DNA from: Octopus bimaculoides
Taxonomy: Eukaryota
Assembly: GCF_001194135.2 (NCBI RefSeq)
Contig: NC_069008.1
Span: 5,734,268-5,767,715, forward strand
Reading direction: 5' to 3'
Length of the DNA: 33,448 nt
Part shown: piece after piece, positions 1 through 13,924 of the stretch
Position numbering within the stretch: the first letter of the stretch is position 1
Layout of the letters: each line of letters starts with the position of its first letter
Translations under genes and position numbers: made by a program
Notes under the pieces: generated by a model
Told to the model about the DNA's origin: nothing
The model's database searches: none
The model's input: the letters and a program-made list of their open reading frames with translations, nothing else

Positions 1-300
1 GTAGGATTTTCGAGCGAGATCGTTGCCAGTGACCCTGGACTGGCTCTTGTGCGGGTGGCACGTAAAATACACCATTTTGAGCGTGGCCGTTGCCAGTACC
101 GCCTGACTGGCCTTCGTGCGGGTGACACGTAAAAGCACCCACTACACTCTCTGAGTGGTTGGCGTTAGGAAGGGCATCCAGCTGTAGAAACTCTGCCAAA
201 TCAGATTGGAGCCTGGTGCAGCCATCCGGTTTCACCAGTCCTCAGTCAAACCGTCCAACCCATGCTAGCATGGAAGGCAGATGTTAAACAATGATGATGA
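1..300 (+). mobile_element. SINE-like retroposon, family A (cut by window start)
   Basis: Matches copies at 16081-16305, 20540-20868 and 31111-31271. Has an internally duplicated ~65 bp unit, the motif TGGTTGGCGTTAGGAAGGGCATCCAGC, and a tail CATGCTAGCATGGAA..GTTAAAC(GAT)n typical of a non-LTR 3' end. Confidence 0.8.
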
Positions 301-309
301 AAGGCAAGG

Positions 310-650
310 ATGTGGTCTATAATGATAATGCCTGGAGAAGTAACTTCATCATCCCACAACACTTCTATGTCCTGTAATCTTTTGAACCTTTTTCCATACT
401 TCCACTTCAACAGGTTCAATATCAAACACATCCTGTCTCTTAGATCCTTCCTTTTGTTTCAATTTCACACCCTATTTCTATTTACCCAAGGAATTGCACA
501 CCTCACGAACCCCATAGTCCTTGTTTACGTCAACTTTCACAGGAACAAAAAACAACCAGAAACTAATCCAGCTCAGCATATATTAACCTCATCCAGTTAC
601 TCTTAATTTTGCTTCGTCTAAGAACAGCCATTGTTTCATGCAGGCTTGTG
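310..650 (-). mobile_element. Degenerate LINE-like (possibly RTE) repeat; uninterrupted relative of 16760-17430
   Basis: Clearly similar to 16760-17017 plus 17364-17430 (e.g. TTTACCCAA.GAA.TGCACACCTCA.GAACC and TATTAACCTCATCCAGTT.CTCTTAAT). The RTE assignment rests only on weak resemblance. Confidence 0.45.
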
Positions 651-671
651 TTGGTGTGGGTATCTTTCATC

Positions 672-1040
672 TTGTACTTGTTCCAGTCACTCGACTGCAG
701 CCATGCTGGGGTGGCACCACCTAGAGAAACATTTACTCAAATGAATCTACCCCAGTACTCATTTCATCTGTTCCTTTGCTGAACTACTAGGTTACAATGA
801 CATAAACATCAGTTGTCAAGTGATGGAGTGGGGGTGGGGGGTGAGAGAGATACACAGGCCTAAAAATATACAAACACACACATATGATGGGCTTCATTCA
901 GTTTCCATCTTCCACATCCACTCATAACGCTTTGGGCAGCCCAATGCTATAGTATAAAACACATGATCAAGGTACCACACTGTGGGACTGAAACCAGAAC
1001 CATATAGTTGGGAAGCAAGCTTCTGTCTACACAGCCATGC
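672..1040 (-). mobile_element. tRNA-derived CORE-type SINE, family B, degenerate copy
   Basis: Aligns by eye to the full copy at 16335-16722 (B-box-like GGTTTCAGTCCC, CAGCATGGCTGCAGTC, tail GAACAAGTACAAG). Confidence 0.7.
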
Positions 1041-1274
1041 ATATTGGTTTTAATAGTTTCATAAAAAAATTCATGCGAAACAAATTCAAAGTCTTGAAGA
1101 AATTGTCTTTATTCCAAAAGTATCCCGCAAAAAAGTTAGCTTTGATGTGGTAACATAAACTATAGAGTTGAGAAGTTGTTATCACACACAGTTTTATCTC
1201 CTCTCTTGTGTGAATAAATTTACAGTTAGAGAGAGAAAGTCCCTTTTTTTTTTATTTCTTTATTGTCTACAGGG

Positions 1275-1410
1275 GGCTAAACATAAAGGGGACAAATAAG
1301 GACAAAAGAATTAAGTCAATTACATCGACCCCAGTGCATACCTGGTACTTATTTAATCGACCCCAAACGGATGAAAAGCTAAGTCGGCCTCGGTGGAAAT
1401 TGAACTCAGA
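1275..1410 (-). mobile_element. SINE-like fragment, family C
   Basis: Minus strand reads GAGTTCAATTTCC..CTTTTCATCCGTTTGGGGTCGATTAAATAAGTACCAG..CTGGGGTCGATGTAATTGACTTA, related to 5425-5560, 14805-14935 and 22899-23015. Confidence 0.6.
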
Positions 1411-1811
1411 ATATATGACTGTATGACTGTATGACGCATGCGTACGAACAACCATGCTACATGGCAGTGAANNNNNNNNNNTTTAGGAGGAGCTCAAAAT
1501 GCTTCTTGTTCTTATGAATTGTCACATTGATTGATAGTCATACATCTATATGAATGGATACACATTTAGTAAACACTAACAGTACCAAGTGGTCACAAAT
1601 CACCACTTTTGCTTATTACTTTTTAATTTCTATAGCTGTATTGAATGTTCAATCATGAGCATCATTTCAAATATGTCAACATATATTTATGTTTTGCATG
1701 TAAATGAATACTAAAAATGTATTTTCAAAGCCTTTATTAACCGCATTTGCTTATATTCAAATAAATTGGACTGAATAAAGATTTTCAATGCTATGGTCCT
1801 TGCAGGGTTAA

Positions 1812-2029
1812 CCCTTTAGCATTTAAAGTGGCCATATCAGGCCCCTAATATTCTACCAATTTTATGTTCAAACTATCCAGAATTGACCTCTTACACCTAC
1901 CTTACAATATTATTCTGAAGATAAACAATCACATCATCAAAATTTGAAAGCTGTGAGATAATGCATGACAAATTGAAAAATAATGTCAATAAACATGACA
2001 TTCGACAGAATAATCTGTCGGGCAAAGTG
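1812..2029. mobile_element. piggyBac-like MITE in the ZNF-1 3' region
   Basis: TTAA at 1808-1811 followed by CCCTTTAGCATT; degraded right end CAAAGTG followed by TTCA. Paralogous copy at 25228-25447 has TTAA-CCC...AAAGGG-TTTA. A TTAA target with CCC/GGG ends is characteristic of piggyBac. Confidence 0.6.
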
Positions 2030-2067
2030 TTCAGTGACCACTTATCGAAATCAATTTACCACAACTA

Positions 2068-3993
2068 TCAATGGGTTTGCTTCTTCTCTATATGAACACG
2101 TTTGTGAGAAGTTAAGTTGCCATGTTGAGTGAATGACCTACCACAGATATCACAGTGAAATGGCTTCTCTCCTGTGTGAATACGTTTGTGCATAGACAAG
2201 CAACTACTTCTGGAGAACAATTTTCCACAAGTATCACAGCGATATGGCTTCTCTCCTGTATGGAAACGTTTGTGAGAAGCTAAGTGGCCACTTTGAGAGA
2301 ATGATTTACCACAAATATCACAGCGATAAGGCTTTTCTCCTGTATGAATACGTTTATGGTTAGTCAAGTTATAATTCTGAGAGAATGATTTACCACAAAC
2401 GTCACAGGGAAATCGCTTTTCTCCTGTATGAACAAGTATGTGAGAATTTAAAGCACTTTGTGAAGAAAATGATATACTACAGACATTACAGTGATAGGGT
2501 TTCTCTCCAGTATGATGACGTTTGTGTGTAGTCAAGTAACTACTTGTGGAGAACAATTTACCACAGATATCACAGCGATATGGCTTCTCTCCTGTATGGG
2601 AACGTTTGTGAGTAGCTAAGCCACTACTTTGAGAGAAGGATTTACCACAGATATCACAGTGATAAGGCTTCTCTCCTGTATGAATACGTTTGTGGTTAGT
2701 CAAGTTATAGTTTTGAGAAAATGATTTCCCACAAATGTCACAGTGAAATCGCTTTTCCCCAGTATGAACAAGTATGTGAGAATTTAAAGCACTTTGGTAA
2801 GAGAATGATGTACCACAGACATTACAGTGATAAGGCTTGTCTCCTGTATGAATACGTTTGTGTGTAGACAAGTTATTTTGTTGAAAGAATGATTTGCCAC
2901 AAATGTTACAGTGAAATGACTTCACTCCAGTATGGATATGTTTGTGCATATTCAAGCAACTACTTCTTGAGAACAATTTACCACAGATATCACAGCGATA
3001 TGGCTTCTCTCCTGTATGGAAACGTTTGTGAGAAACTAAGTGGCCACTTTGAGAAAATGACTTACCACAGATATCACAGCAATAAGGCTTCTCTCCTGTA
3101 TGAATACGTTTGTGGTTAGTCAAGTTATAATTCTGTGAGAATGATTTACCACAAACGTCACAGTGAAATAGCTTCTCCCCTGTATGAACACCTATGTGAG
3201 AATTTAAAGTACTTTGGCAAGAGAATGATGTACTACAGACATTACAGTGATAGGGCTTCTCTCCAGTATGAATACGTTTGTGTATAGTCAAGTTATTTTT
3301 TTGAAAAAATGATTTACTACAGACATTACAGTGAAATGGCTTCTCCCCTGTATGAATACGTTGGTGTGTAGTCAAGTTATTTTGTTGAAAGAATGATTTA
3401 CCACAAGTGTCACAATGAAATGGCTTCTCTCCTGTATGGATACCTTTGTGTGTAGTCAAGTGGATTTTTTGAAAGAATGATTTACCACAGATGTCACAGT
3501 GATAACGCTTCTCTCCTGTATGGATACGCTTGTGTGTAGCAAAGATACTAGCTGAAGAGAATGACTTACCACAGACACCACAATGATATGTCTTCTCTCT
3601 TGTATGGATATGTCTGTGAGTAATTAAGTTACTACTTACAGAAAATGATTTATTACAGATATCACAGTGATATGGCTTCTCTCCTGTATGGAAACGTTTG
3701 TGAGAAGTTAAAGCACCATTCTGAGTGAATGATTTACTACAGATGTTACACTGATATGGCTTCTCTCCTGTATGAATACGAATGTGAGATTTTAAATCAC
3801 TTCGGTTTGAGAATGATTTTCCGCATATGACACAGTGAAATGGCTTCTCCCCTGTATGAATACGTTTGTGCATATTCAAGCTGCTCTTATAAGAGAATGA
3901 CTTTTTACAGACATCACAGTCATGTGATATCCTCCTCCCCTTTTCTTTATCTTCAGGAAAAATTAGTTCCTTTAGTTTTTCACTTTCTTCCAT
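2068..3993 (-). CDS. Poly-C2H2 zinc-finger protein ZNF-1 (641 aa, 22 fingers)
   Basis: Uninterrupted ORF of 28-aa C-x2-C-x12-H-x3-H units with TGEKP-type linkers after a ~25-aa charged leader. Confidence 0.95.
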   Translation of the reverse strand: MEESEKLKELIFPEDKEKGRRISHDCDVCKKSFSYKSSLNMHKRIHTGEKPFHCVICGKSFSNRSDLKSHIRIHTGEKPYQCNICSKSFTQNGALTSHKRFHTGEKPYHCDICNKSFSVSSNLITHRHIHTREKTYHCGVCGKSFSSASIFATHKRIHTGEKRYHCDICGKSFFQKIHLTTHKGIHTGEKPFHCDTCGKSFFQQNNLTTHQRIHTGEKPFHCNVCSKSFFQKNNLTIHKRIHTGEKPYHCNVCSTSFSCQSTLNSHIGVHTGEKLFHCDVCGKSFSQNYNLTNHKRIHTGEKPYCCDICGKSFSQSGHLVSHKRFHTGEKPYRCDICGKLFSRSSCLNMHKHIHTGVKSFHCNICGKSFFQQNNLSTHKRIHTGDKPYHCNVCGTSFSYQSALNSHILVHTGEKRFHCDICGKSFSQNYNLTNHKRIHTGEKPYHCDICGKSFSQSSGLATHKRSHTGEKPYRCDICGKLFSTSSYLTTHKRHHTGEKPYHCNVCSISFSSQSALNSHILVHTGEKRFPCDVCGKSFSQNYNLTNHKRIHTGEKPYRCDICGKSFSQSGHLASHKRFHTGEKPYRCDTCGKLFSRSSCLSMHKRIHTGEKPFHCDICGRSFTQHGNLTSHKRVHIEKKQTH

Positions 3994-4867
3994 TTTGTTT
4001 CTTTGAAAATCACATATTTTTTGTTTTTCTATTTGCTTCTATGTCTTTTGCTTATAAATATTTTAACAGCTGTATCTCTGTCCAGTGTCACCTTTGTCCC
4101 AAAACTCTTTAGTAAATTTATCCACGTTTAATTTGCAACCAGACTCATTTTGTAGACACTCCAACCTGTGATGTCCTGAAAGTTTGCTAATAACACATTT
4201 CAGAGTAAATATATCAGAGGAATTCTACCATAGATTCATAGAAACAATCTTTTATATCTGTTCTGTACAATATTTTCATTTTGGTCTTTAAAAGATGATA
4301 AATAATGAGAATGTATCTTCAGTTATTCCAATGTCATCTGATATTCTGAAATAATAAAGAAAAGACAGTGTAAGATATAGAGGCTACTTAGAAAATACAG
4401 ATTCAACATTTCCATAGAGATAAACTCTAGAAATAAATATTTACTTGAACAAAAGAACATTTTGATTTATTAAAATTTACATCAGAAAATCTTGTGTGAA
4501 GCTTACACATTTCGAAACTNNNNNNNNNNNNNNNNNNNNNNNNNNNNNNNNNNNNNNNNNNNNNNNNNNNNNNNNNNNNNNNNNNNNNNNNNNNNNNNNN
4601 NNNNNNNNNNNNNNNNNNNNNNNNNNNNNNNNNNNNNNNNNNNNNNNNNNNNNNNNNNNNNNNNNNNNNNNNNNNNNNNNNNNNNNNNNNNNNNNNNNNN
4701 NNNNNNNNNNNNNNNNNNNNNNNNNNNNNNNNNNNNNNNNNNNNNNNNNNNNNNNNNNNNNNNNNNNNNNNNNNNNNNNNNNNNNNNNNNNNNNNNNNNN
4801 NNNNNNNNNNNNNNNNNNNNNNNNNNNNNNNNNNNNNNNNNNNNNNNNNNNNNNNNNNNNNNNNNNN

Positions 4868-5190
4868 ATCTTCCAACTAAAACACACAACAAACTAATGT
4901 GGAAACGATGGAGAGAGTAGAAGGTTGCTTCCATAGCTAGAAATAGCAGCCAAATGTCGCACACATCAAAGAACATCTGAGACACGAAGTATTAAAAGAT
5001 TAAATGCTTATATTGTTGAATACTTACGGAAGTGTTCTTATAAAGGATAGTGTTATTGTTATAAGTGCGTCGGGTGGTAGAGAAATCTATTATAAATTCA
5101 TTTAGGAGTTAAGAGGAATTCTGAGCATCAGAGAGACTTTTAGTGATGCGATGAATGGAGGCGGAAGTACGTTTAGTGCGCATGAGAAAT
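4868..5190 (-). promoter_or_regulatory. Promoter and first-exon block of ZNF-1
   Basis: Paralogous to 5565-5920, 14461-14800 and 22288-22650. CGGAAGT at 5162-5168, TGCGCATG at 5177-5184, donor GTAAGT at 5027-5022, acceptor at 4978-4977. Confidence 0.65.
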
Positions 5191-5424
5191 AAGTTTTAGA
5201 GTTAACTTCCGCACGATTTTCACAAAACCCTTNNNNNNNNNNNNNNNNNNNNNNNNNNNNNNNNNNNNNNNNNNNNNNNNNNNNNNNNNGGAAGCCTCGG
5301 AAATTTCAATCCCCCCCCCATTATCTTTTCCCCAGTATGATTTTTCACTAAGGAAAAAAAAAATCCGAGTTTCTTTTTATTATTTTTCTTGGTGAAAATT
5401 GTTCGGGGTTACTCAAAACATTTA

Positions 5425-5560
5425 CCAGATTCACTTTGCCTTTCATCTTTTTGGGAGTTCAATAAAATATATACCAATTGGCTACTGAGGTCCATGTAAT
5501 TGACTTAAGCACCATCCCATGCCCCGAAATTGCTGGCCTTCGGCCAAAATGTGAAATCAT
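5425..5560 (+). mobile_element. SINE family C 3' part abutting the ZNF-2 promoter
   Basis: CACTTTGCCTTTCATCTTTTTGGGAG...GAAATTGCTGGCCTTCGGCCAAAATGTGAAATC; same position in the ZNF-3 and ZNF-4 promoters. Confidence 0.6.
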
Positions 5561-5564
5561 CATT

Positions 5565-5920
5565 TCATACGCATGCGCACTAAATGTACTTCGGCCTCAA
5601 TTCCTTATATCTTGACAAACGTGTTTGATGCTAGAATATCTCTTAATCGACTCCCAAACACATTTATAATACATTTCTCTACAACCTGACGCACTTATAA
5701 CAACATTCTAAACACATTTCCGTAAGTATTAAACAATGAAAACATTTAATCTTTCAATACTTCGTGTCTCAGATGTCCTTTGTTTTGTTCGACATTTGGC
5801 TGCTATTTCTAGCTATGGAAGCAACCTCCTACACTCTCCATCGTTTCCACGTTTGTTTGTTGTGTGCTTTCGTTGGAGAAATATCCTCAAATAGACTCCA
5901 ACCACAGAAATGTTGAGAAA
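5565..5920 (+). promoter_or_regulatory. Promoter and first-exon block of ZNF-2
   Basis: CGCATGCGCA (NRF1-like) at 5570-5579, ETS variant ACTTCGG at 5588-5594, GTAAGT donor at 5722, CAG acceptor at 5772, uORF 5815-5916. Confidence 0.65.
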
Positions 5921-6242
5921 CCAATGATTTATTATAATGTATCGAATACTGAGTATTGCTACTTTATATTTAGGAGTGAAAATTGGTTATCAGCGTTGCT
6001 GAGGTTGCAATCCCCAAATACAGGTGACGGAGTCTGCTGTGAAAAAAAAAAAATGGTGGAATAATGTTTTAAACATGCGTTGGCTTTTTGATTATTTGTG
6101 GAACTTTCAGAAAATGTTTGCGAATTTGTGTTCTATTCATTGCAATTCATACGATTATGCCAAAACCGAACAAAACAGATTAACATATATTTTTGATGCG
6201 TGATTTAAGGGCTATTAAGCTGTTATTTTATTTGTGCAGTCC

Positions 6243-6521
6243 TCCAAGAAACCTAGGAAGGACTAGATCTTTGTCTTGACCCAAGAGACTCTTTAGCCAA
6301 GTGATACCACTTCCTTGTTCATTGAATGAAGATTGCTACTTAAGATATGAAGAGACTGAGCAAGAATAACTGCATCATCTAGGTTTGTAATCTTAGTTTT
6401 AGCCTTGACTGCACGATAATTCGATTGAGCCACCACTCAGCCAAGTCTCCAATTCATGTAGGCATTCAACAGAGTGGGAGCCAAGACACAAACCTTGACG
6501 AACACCAGGTCTAACTGGGAA
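6243..6521 (-). mobile_element. RTE-clade LINE reverse-transcriptase fragment (decayed), antisense in the ZNF-2 intron
   Basis: Manual translation gives FPVRPGVRQG/CVLAPTLLNAYMNW...KITNLDDAVILAQSL...LG*RVSWVKTKI, i.e. the GVRQGCxLxP and (FA)DD motifs with one frameshift and stops. Confidence 0.85.
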
Positions 6522-6827
6522 AACGATGTTGGGTATATATATATATATATATATATTCCTCCATGGCAAGGTTTAATTTGTGTATACAAATTTAATTTGC
6601 GGTCCATGGGAAGAGCCGTTTTAGCGATGCGTCCTGCCCAGCTCTTCGAAACGCCGGTGTTAAAACGGGGGTAGCTGATGAAGAAGAATGTTTTCTATGT
6701 GGCTTGTGTGTTTTCTCGTCTACGTTTTGTTTGCAATGCCCTGTACCCAGATATGCACCTATACATACAGGTGGATGTCGGTATGCACATACCTGTACGT
6801 ATATATGCATATACTCATTTACTATTT

Positions 6828-6828
<1 letters not shown>

Positions 6829-6864
<36 letters not shown>

Positions 6865-6885
6865 TATATGTGTGTGTGTGTGTAT
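6829..6885. repeat. (TA)n/(TG)n compound microsatellite
   Basis: Directly visible. Similar tracts near 6535-6556, 16033-16070 and 30275-30335. Confidence 0.95.
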
Positions 6886-7435
6886 GAATGTGTAGTTGGA
6901 GTTTAGAAATATGTTAGCTTTACACAAGATTTTCTGATATAAATTTTAATAAATTAAAAAGTTCTTTTGTTCAAGTAAATATTTATTTCTAGAGTTTATC
7001 TCTATGGAAATGTTGAATCTGTATTTTCTAAGTAGCCTCTATATGTTACACTGTTGTTTCTTTATTATTTCAGAATATCAGATGACATTGGCATAACAGA
7101 AGATACATTCTCATTATTTATCATCTTTTAAAGACCAAAATGAAGATATTGTACAGAGCAGATATAAAAGATTGTTTCTAGAAATCTATGGTAGAATTCC
7201 TCTGATATATTTACTCTGAAATGTGTTATTAGCAACCTTTCTAGACATCACTGGCTGGAGTGTCTACAAGATGAGTCTGTTTGCAGATTAAACGTGGATA
7301 AATTTACTAAAGAGTTTTGGAACAAAGGTAACACAATGGACAGAGATACAGCAGTCGAAATATTTGTAAACAAAAGACTATAGAACCAAAGACAAGGAAA
7401 AAAAATATATATATTGTAATTTTCAAAGAAGAATA

Positions 7436-9452
<2,017 letters not shown>

Positions 9453-10022
9453 AAATCTTTAATACAATTTTATTTTAAATATAAGCAAATGCAGTGAATT
9501 CGAAAATACATTCTTGTAGCATTTATTTACATGCAAAATATATATCTTTATATACATAAATAAAATGATATTTATGATTGCACATTCAATAGTTGTAGAA
9601 ATTAGTATGTAATAACCAAGTGCTGATAAATGACCACTCTAGTGTGAACTAAATGTGTATCTATTCTTATAGATATATGACTGTCAATGTGACACTTCAT
9701 AAGAACAATAAGCATTTTGGCCCCCTCCGAAAATGGTTGTAATGTTGTGGTCTTCCTCCATAGCAATAACCAAGCTACTCATTAGGGAATTATTATAATT
9801 GTCAGAGTTCCTTCTAATCCAAAACAATAAAAAGTGACGCTGTAAATGTATTCACATGAGAGAGGAGATGGAACAGTGTGTGGTAACAACTTCTCAACTC
9901 TATAGTTTATGTTACCACATTGAAGCTAACTTACTTGCGGGATACTTTTGGAATAAAGACAATTTCTTCAAGACTTTGAATTTGTTTCGCATGAATTTTT
10001 TTATGAAACTATTAAAACCAAT

Positions 10023-10110
10023 ATGCATGGCTGTGTAGTCAGAAGCTTGCTTCCCAACTAAATGGTCCTGGGTTCAGTCCCACTGCATGGTTGCTTGGTC
10101 AACTGTCTTC
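10023..10110 (+). mobile_element. SINE family B head fragment
   Basis: TGGCTGTGTAG..AAGCTTGCTTCCCAAC..GGGTTCAGTCCCACTGC; same flanking context as the copy ending near 1040. Confidence 0.7.
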
Positions 10111-10338
10111 TACTTCTATTATCATGTAAAATTTGATTTAATTTGGTTGAGCTGTCTGAGAATGCATTGGGAACAGGCAGGCAAAGAATTTTATAAATGT
10201 AGATTATATAATTGCCATTACTGCCTTGATAAATAAAATAACATATGCAAGTCACTTATTGTCATCATGTGATAAACAAACACAAATTCATGTATGGAAT
10301 TCATCTTTCTATATAAGGGAGATTTATTACTTGATGCC

Positions 10339-10709
10339 GTGGAGGCGCCATGGCCCAGTGGTTAGGGCAGCGGATTCGCGGTTTCGATTCCCAGAACAGG
10401 CGTTGTGAGTGTTTATTGAGCAAAAACACCTAAAGCTCCACGAGTCTCCGGCAGGGGATGGTGGCGAACCCTGCTGTACTCTTTCACCACGACTTTCTCT
10501 CACTCTTACTTCCTGTTTCTGTTGTGCCTGTAATTCAAAGGGGTCAGCCTTGTCACACTCTGTGTCACGCTGAATATCCCCGAGAACTACGTTAAGGGTA
10601 CACGTGTCTGTGGAGTGCTCAGCCACTTGCACGTTAATTTCATGAGCAGGCTGTTCCGTTGATCGGATCAACTGGAACCCTCAACGTCGTAAGCGACGGA
10701 GTGCCAACA
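10339..10709 (+). mobile_element. Full-length tRNA-derived SINE (family D) with 13-bp TSD
   Basis: A box TGGCCCAGTGG, B box GGTTTCGATTCC, CAACAA tail; ATTACTTGATGCC duplicated at 10326-10338 and 10710-10722. Confidence 0.9.
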
Positions 10710-10867
10710 ATTACTTGATGCCATTACAGTACCTTCATTTATATACAATTCACACCAGGATCCATTTTGTTGTTTCGTGCCTTCTCTCGATGGAAATGTT
10801 ACCTCAAGATATTTCAAGTACCTGGGCAATGATGTAGGGCAGCATCATCATACTGTATTGCGCCACG

Positions 10868-11355
10868 TTAGTTAATAGTGGAGGTGGCTGCTCTAAGAGC
10901 ATAGCTGTGAGAATAAGCTTAGGCTGGGCAAGGTTCAAAGAGCTTCTACCTCTGCTAGCAACAAAGGGCCACTCTCTCAGTGTGATAGGCAGATTGTATG
11001 ATGACTGTGTGTGAACAGCTATGCTGTATGGCAGTGAAATCTGGGTTGTGACAACTGATGACAGACGTTGGCTTGAAAGAAATGAAGCCAGTATCCTTTG
11101 CTGGATGTGCATTGTCAGTGCACATTCCACAGAGTGTAAACATCTTGAGAGAAAAGTTAGGCGTAAGAGGAATTAGATGTGGTGTGCAAGAGAGACAACT
11201 GTGCTGGTATGGTCATGTGATGCATTTGGAAAGAACAGCTTTATAAAGAAATGCCAGTATCTAAGGAAGCTGAGGTAGAGGTAGATTCAGGAAGACATGG
11301 GACGAGGTAGTGAAGCATGATCTTCGAACTTTAGACTTCAGAGAGGCAATGACTG
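10868..11355 (+). mobile_element. RTE-clade LINE C-terminal RT fragment (decayed)
   Basis: Translation LVNSGGGCSKSIAVRISLGWARFKELLPLLATKG...RLYDDCV*TAMLYGSEIW...LERNEASILCWMC, then LREKLGVRGIRCGVQERQLCWYGHVMHL; in-frame TGA at 11012-11014. Confidence 0.88.
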
Positions 11356-11465
11356 CTTTTTGTTAAGCCCGATGCTTATCCTATCGGTCTCTTTTGCTGA
11401 ACTACTAAGTAATGGGGACATAAACACACCAACACCGGTTGTCAAGCAATACTGAAAGACAAACA
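11355..11465 (-). mobile_element. SINE family B fragment
   Basis: CTATCGGTCTCTTTTGCTGAACTACTAAGT..GGGGACATAAACACACC matches 16439-16490. Confidence 0.7.
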
Positions 11466-11519
11466 CAAAGACATATATGGATATGTATATATAGAATGTC
11501 ATGTTTTGTTTCAGATAAC

Positions 11520-11950
11520 CGTGGCTGGTTCATCTTGATGTAGCTGTGTGTTGGTCATGCATGAACTGGTCTAGTCTGTGTGCCTGGAGTGACAGAAGAT
11601 AAATGAATGACAAGAAGAACCAGGTAAATTCAATGCAACTGTTATTTATTACAACCCCTTATAAAAATACATGGCAAATGTCTTACATATTGTGAAGTAA
11701 CTGGTTTGACAAATTTTAAGGAACTCTATCTGGAACAGTGGAAGTTGTATCATGGTTGAAATTCTGTAGCAAGTTCATGGCTTGGTTCTGTGTGTTGGGC
11801 AGCGTCGGTCGTTCTGATCTGATCTCTTTCTCTCTGTGCAGGGATAAAAACTGTTGCTCAAATACTAAATGGTTAGTTAAGACCATTTGATCTTTGCAAC
11901 GGATTTAGTCTAATGTTAATTGCATGATCAATGTTGACAACATTGAATCA
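11520..11950. repeat. Conserved downstream block of the ZNF duplication unit, copy 1
   Basis: Highly similar to 17700-18220 and 24085-24590. Confidence 0.9.
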
Positions 11951-11989
11951 CGCCCATTATCACCATCATGATCATCACTTATAGAGAAA

Positions 11990-12412
11990 GATTTACCACA
12001 AATATCAGTGGGAACACTTCACCCTTGCTATGATCTCGTTTGTGTTTCCTGTGTGGATATGTCTGATTAGAACTCACAGAGAATGATTTCCCACAGATAT
12101 CACAGTGATATGGCTTCTCTCCTGTATGGAAACGTTTGTGAGTAGCTAAGTTGTCATTTTGGGAGAATGATTTACCACAGACACCACAAGAATAGGGTGT
12201 CTCAATATGTTTACGATTAATTAGCTTACTATTAAAAGGGAAACATTTATTACAGATGTCACAGTAACATGGCTTCTCTCCTTCATAATAAGTTAAAGCA
12301 CTGTTGAAAGAGAACAGATATTACAGGAATATGGTGTCTCTCCGGAATGAAGATGATTGTGAGAAGTTAAGCTCTACTTTGAGAAAATGATTTACTACAG
12401 ATGATATGGCTT
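11990..12412 (-). pseudogene. Fossil, decayed zinc fingers downstream of the ZNF-3 stop
   Basis: Finger-derived sequence continues past the stop (AAGCCATAT, GGAGAGACACCATATTCCTGTAATATCTGT, CATACAGGAGAGAAGCCATATCACTGTGATATCTGTGGG) with indels and stops. Confidence 0.85.
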
Positions 12413-13654
12413 CTATCCTATATGAACATGGATGTGAGAATTTAAAGCGCTTCGGTCAGAGAATGATGTCCTACAGACATCACAGTGATAAGGTTTCTCT
12501 CCGGTATGAATACGTTTGTGTGTAGCCAAGTTACCTTTTCGAGAGAATGATTTACCACAGATATCACAGTGAAATAGCTTTTCCCCTGTATGAACACTTA
12601 TGTGAGAATTTAAAGCACTTCGATCAGAGAATGATGTACCACAGACATCACAGCTGTAAGGCCTCTCTCCTGTATGAATACGTTTGTGTCTAGTCAAGTT
12701 ATTACTCTGAGGGAATGATTTACCACAGATGTCACAGTGAAATGGCTTCTCCCCGGTATGTACACGCATGTGATAATTTAAAGCACTTGGGTCAGAGAAT
12801 GACATACTACAGACATCACAGTGATGAGGCTTCTCTCCGGTATGAATACGTATGTGTGTAGTCAAACTCCCCTTCTGAGAGAATGATTTACCACAGATAT
12901 CACAAGGATATGGCTTCTTCCCTGTATGGAAGCGCATGTGCGAATTAAAAGCACTTCGCAGAGAGAATGATGTACCACAGACATCACAGTGATAAGGTTT
13001 CTCTCCTGTATGAATACGTATATGTGTAGTCAAGCTACCTTTTTGACAGAAAGATTTACCACAGATGTCACAGTGAAATGGTTTCTCTCCTGTATGAATA
13101 CGCTTGTGAGAATTTAAAGCACTTCGGCCAAGGAATGATGCAAAACATACACCACAATCATAAGGTTTCTCTCCGGTATGAATAAGTTTGTGTGCTGTCA
13201 AGCTACCTTTTCGAGAGAATGATTTACCACAGATGTCACAGTGAAATAGCTTCTCCCCTGTATGAACAAGTATATGAGAATTTAAAGCACTTTGGTCAGA
13301 GAATGATGTACCACAGACATCACAGCGATATGGCTTCTCTCCTGTATGAATACGTTTGTGTCTTGTCAAGTTATTACTTTGAGGGAATGATTTACCACAA
13401 ACTTCACAGTGAAATGGCTTCTCTCCTGTATGAATACGTTGGTGTGTTGTCAGGTTAATTTTTTTAGAGAATGATTTACCACAGATATCACAGTGAAATG
13501 GCTTCTCCCCTGTATGAATACGTTTGTGCTTATTCAAGTGGCCCTTTTCAGAGAAGGGCTTTATACAGACATCACAGTCATGCGACAATTTTTGTTCCCC
13601 TTGTTCTGTATCTTCTGGAAAAGTCAGATCTTTCAATTTCTCACTCTTTTCCAT
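12413..13654 (-). CDS. Poly-C2H2 zinc-finger protein ZNF-3 (413 aa, 14 fingers)
   Basis: 14 tandem C2H2 units; ends at a TAG that replaces the linker Glu codon. Confidence 0.93.
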   Translation of the reverse strand: MEKSEKLKDLTFPEDTEQGEQKLSHDCDVCIKPFSEKGHLNKHKRIHTGEKPFHCDICGKSFSKKINLTTHQRIHTGEKPFHCEVCGKSFPQSNNLTRHKRIHTGEKPYRCDVCGTSFSDQSALNSHILVHTGEKLFHCDICGKSFSRKGSLTAHKLIHTGEKPYDCGVCFASFLGRSALNSHKRIHTGEKPFHCDICGKSFCQKGSLTTHIRIHTGEKPYHCDVCGTSFSLRSAFNSHMRFHTGKKPYPCDICGKSFSQKGSLTTHIRIHTGEKPHHCDVCSMSFSDPSALNYHMRVHTGEKPFHCDICGKSFPQSNNLTRHKRIHTGERPYSCDVCGTSFSDRSALNSHISVHTGEKLFHCDICGKSFSRKGNLATHKRIHTGEKPYHCDVCRTSFSDRSALNSHIHVHIG

Positions 13655-13924
13655 TCTTCAAAATTCATAATATATAGACATTTTTCTTCTTGCTTCTATT
13701 TATCTTCTGTTATGCCAATGTCATCTGATATTCTGAAATAATAAAGAAACAACAGTGTAACATATAGAGGCTACTTAAAAAAATACAGATTTAACATTTC
13801 CATGGAGATAAACTCTAGAAATAAATATTTACTAGAACTTTTTAATTTATTAAAATTTACATGAGAAAATCTTGTGTGAAGATAAAATATTTGTAAACTC
13901 CAGTTACACATTCACACACAAATA

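Noticed and set aside
6592-6927. ORFs rich in YIYI and VCVC
   Set aside because: Translations of (TA)n and (TG)n microsatellites.
10339-10410. Possible tRNA gene
   Set aside because: A and B boxes are present but there is no cloverleaf; it continues into a SINE body with a TSD.
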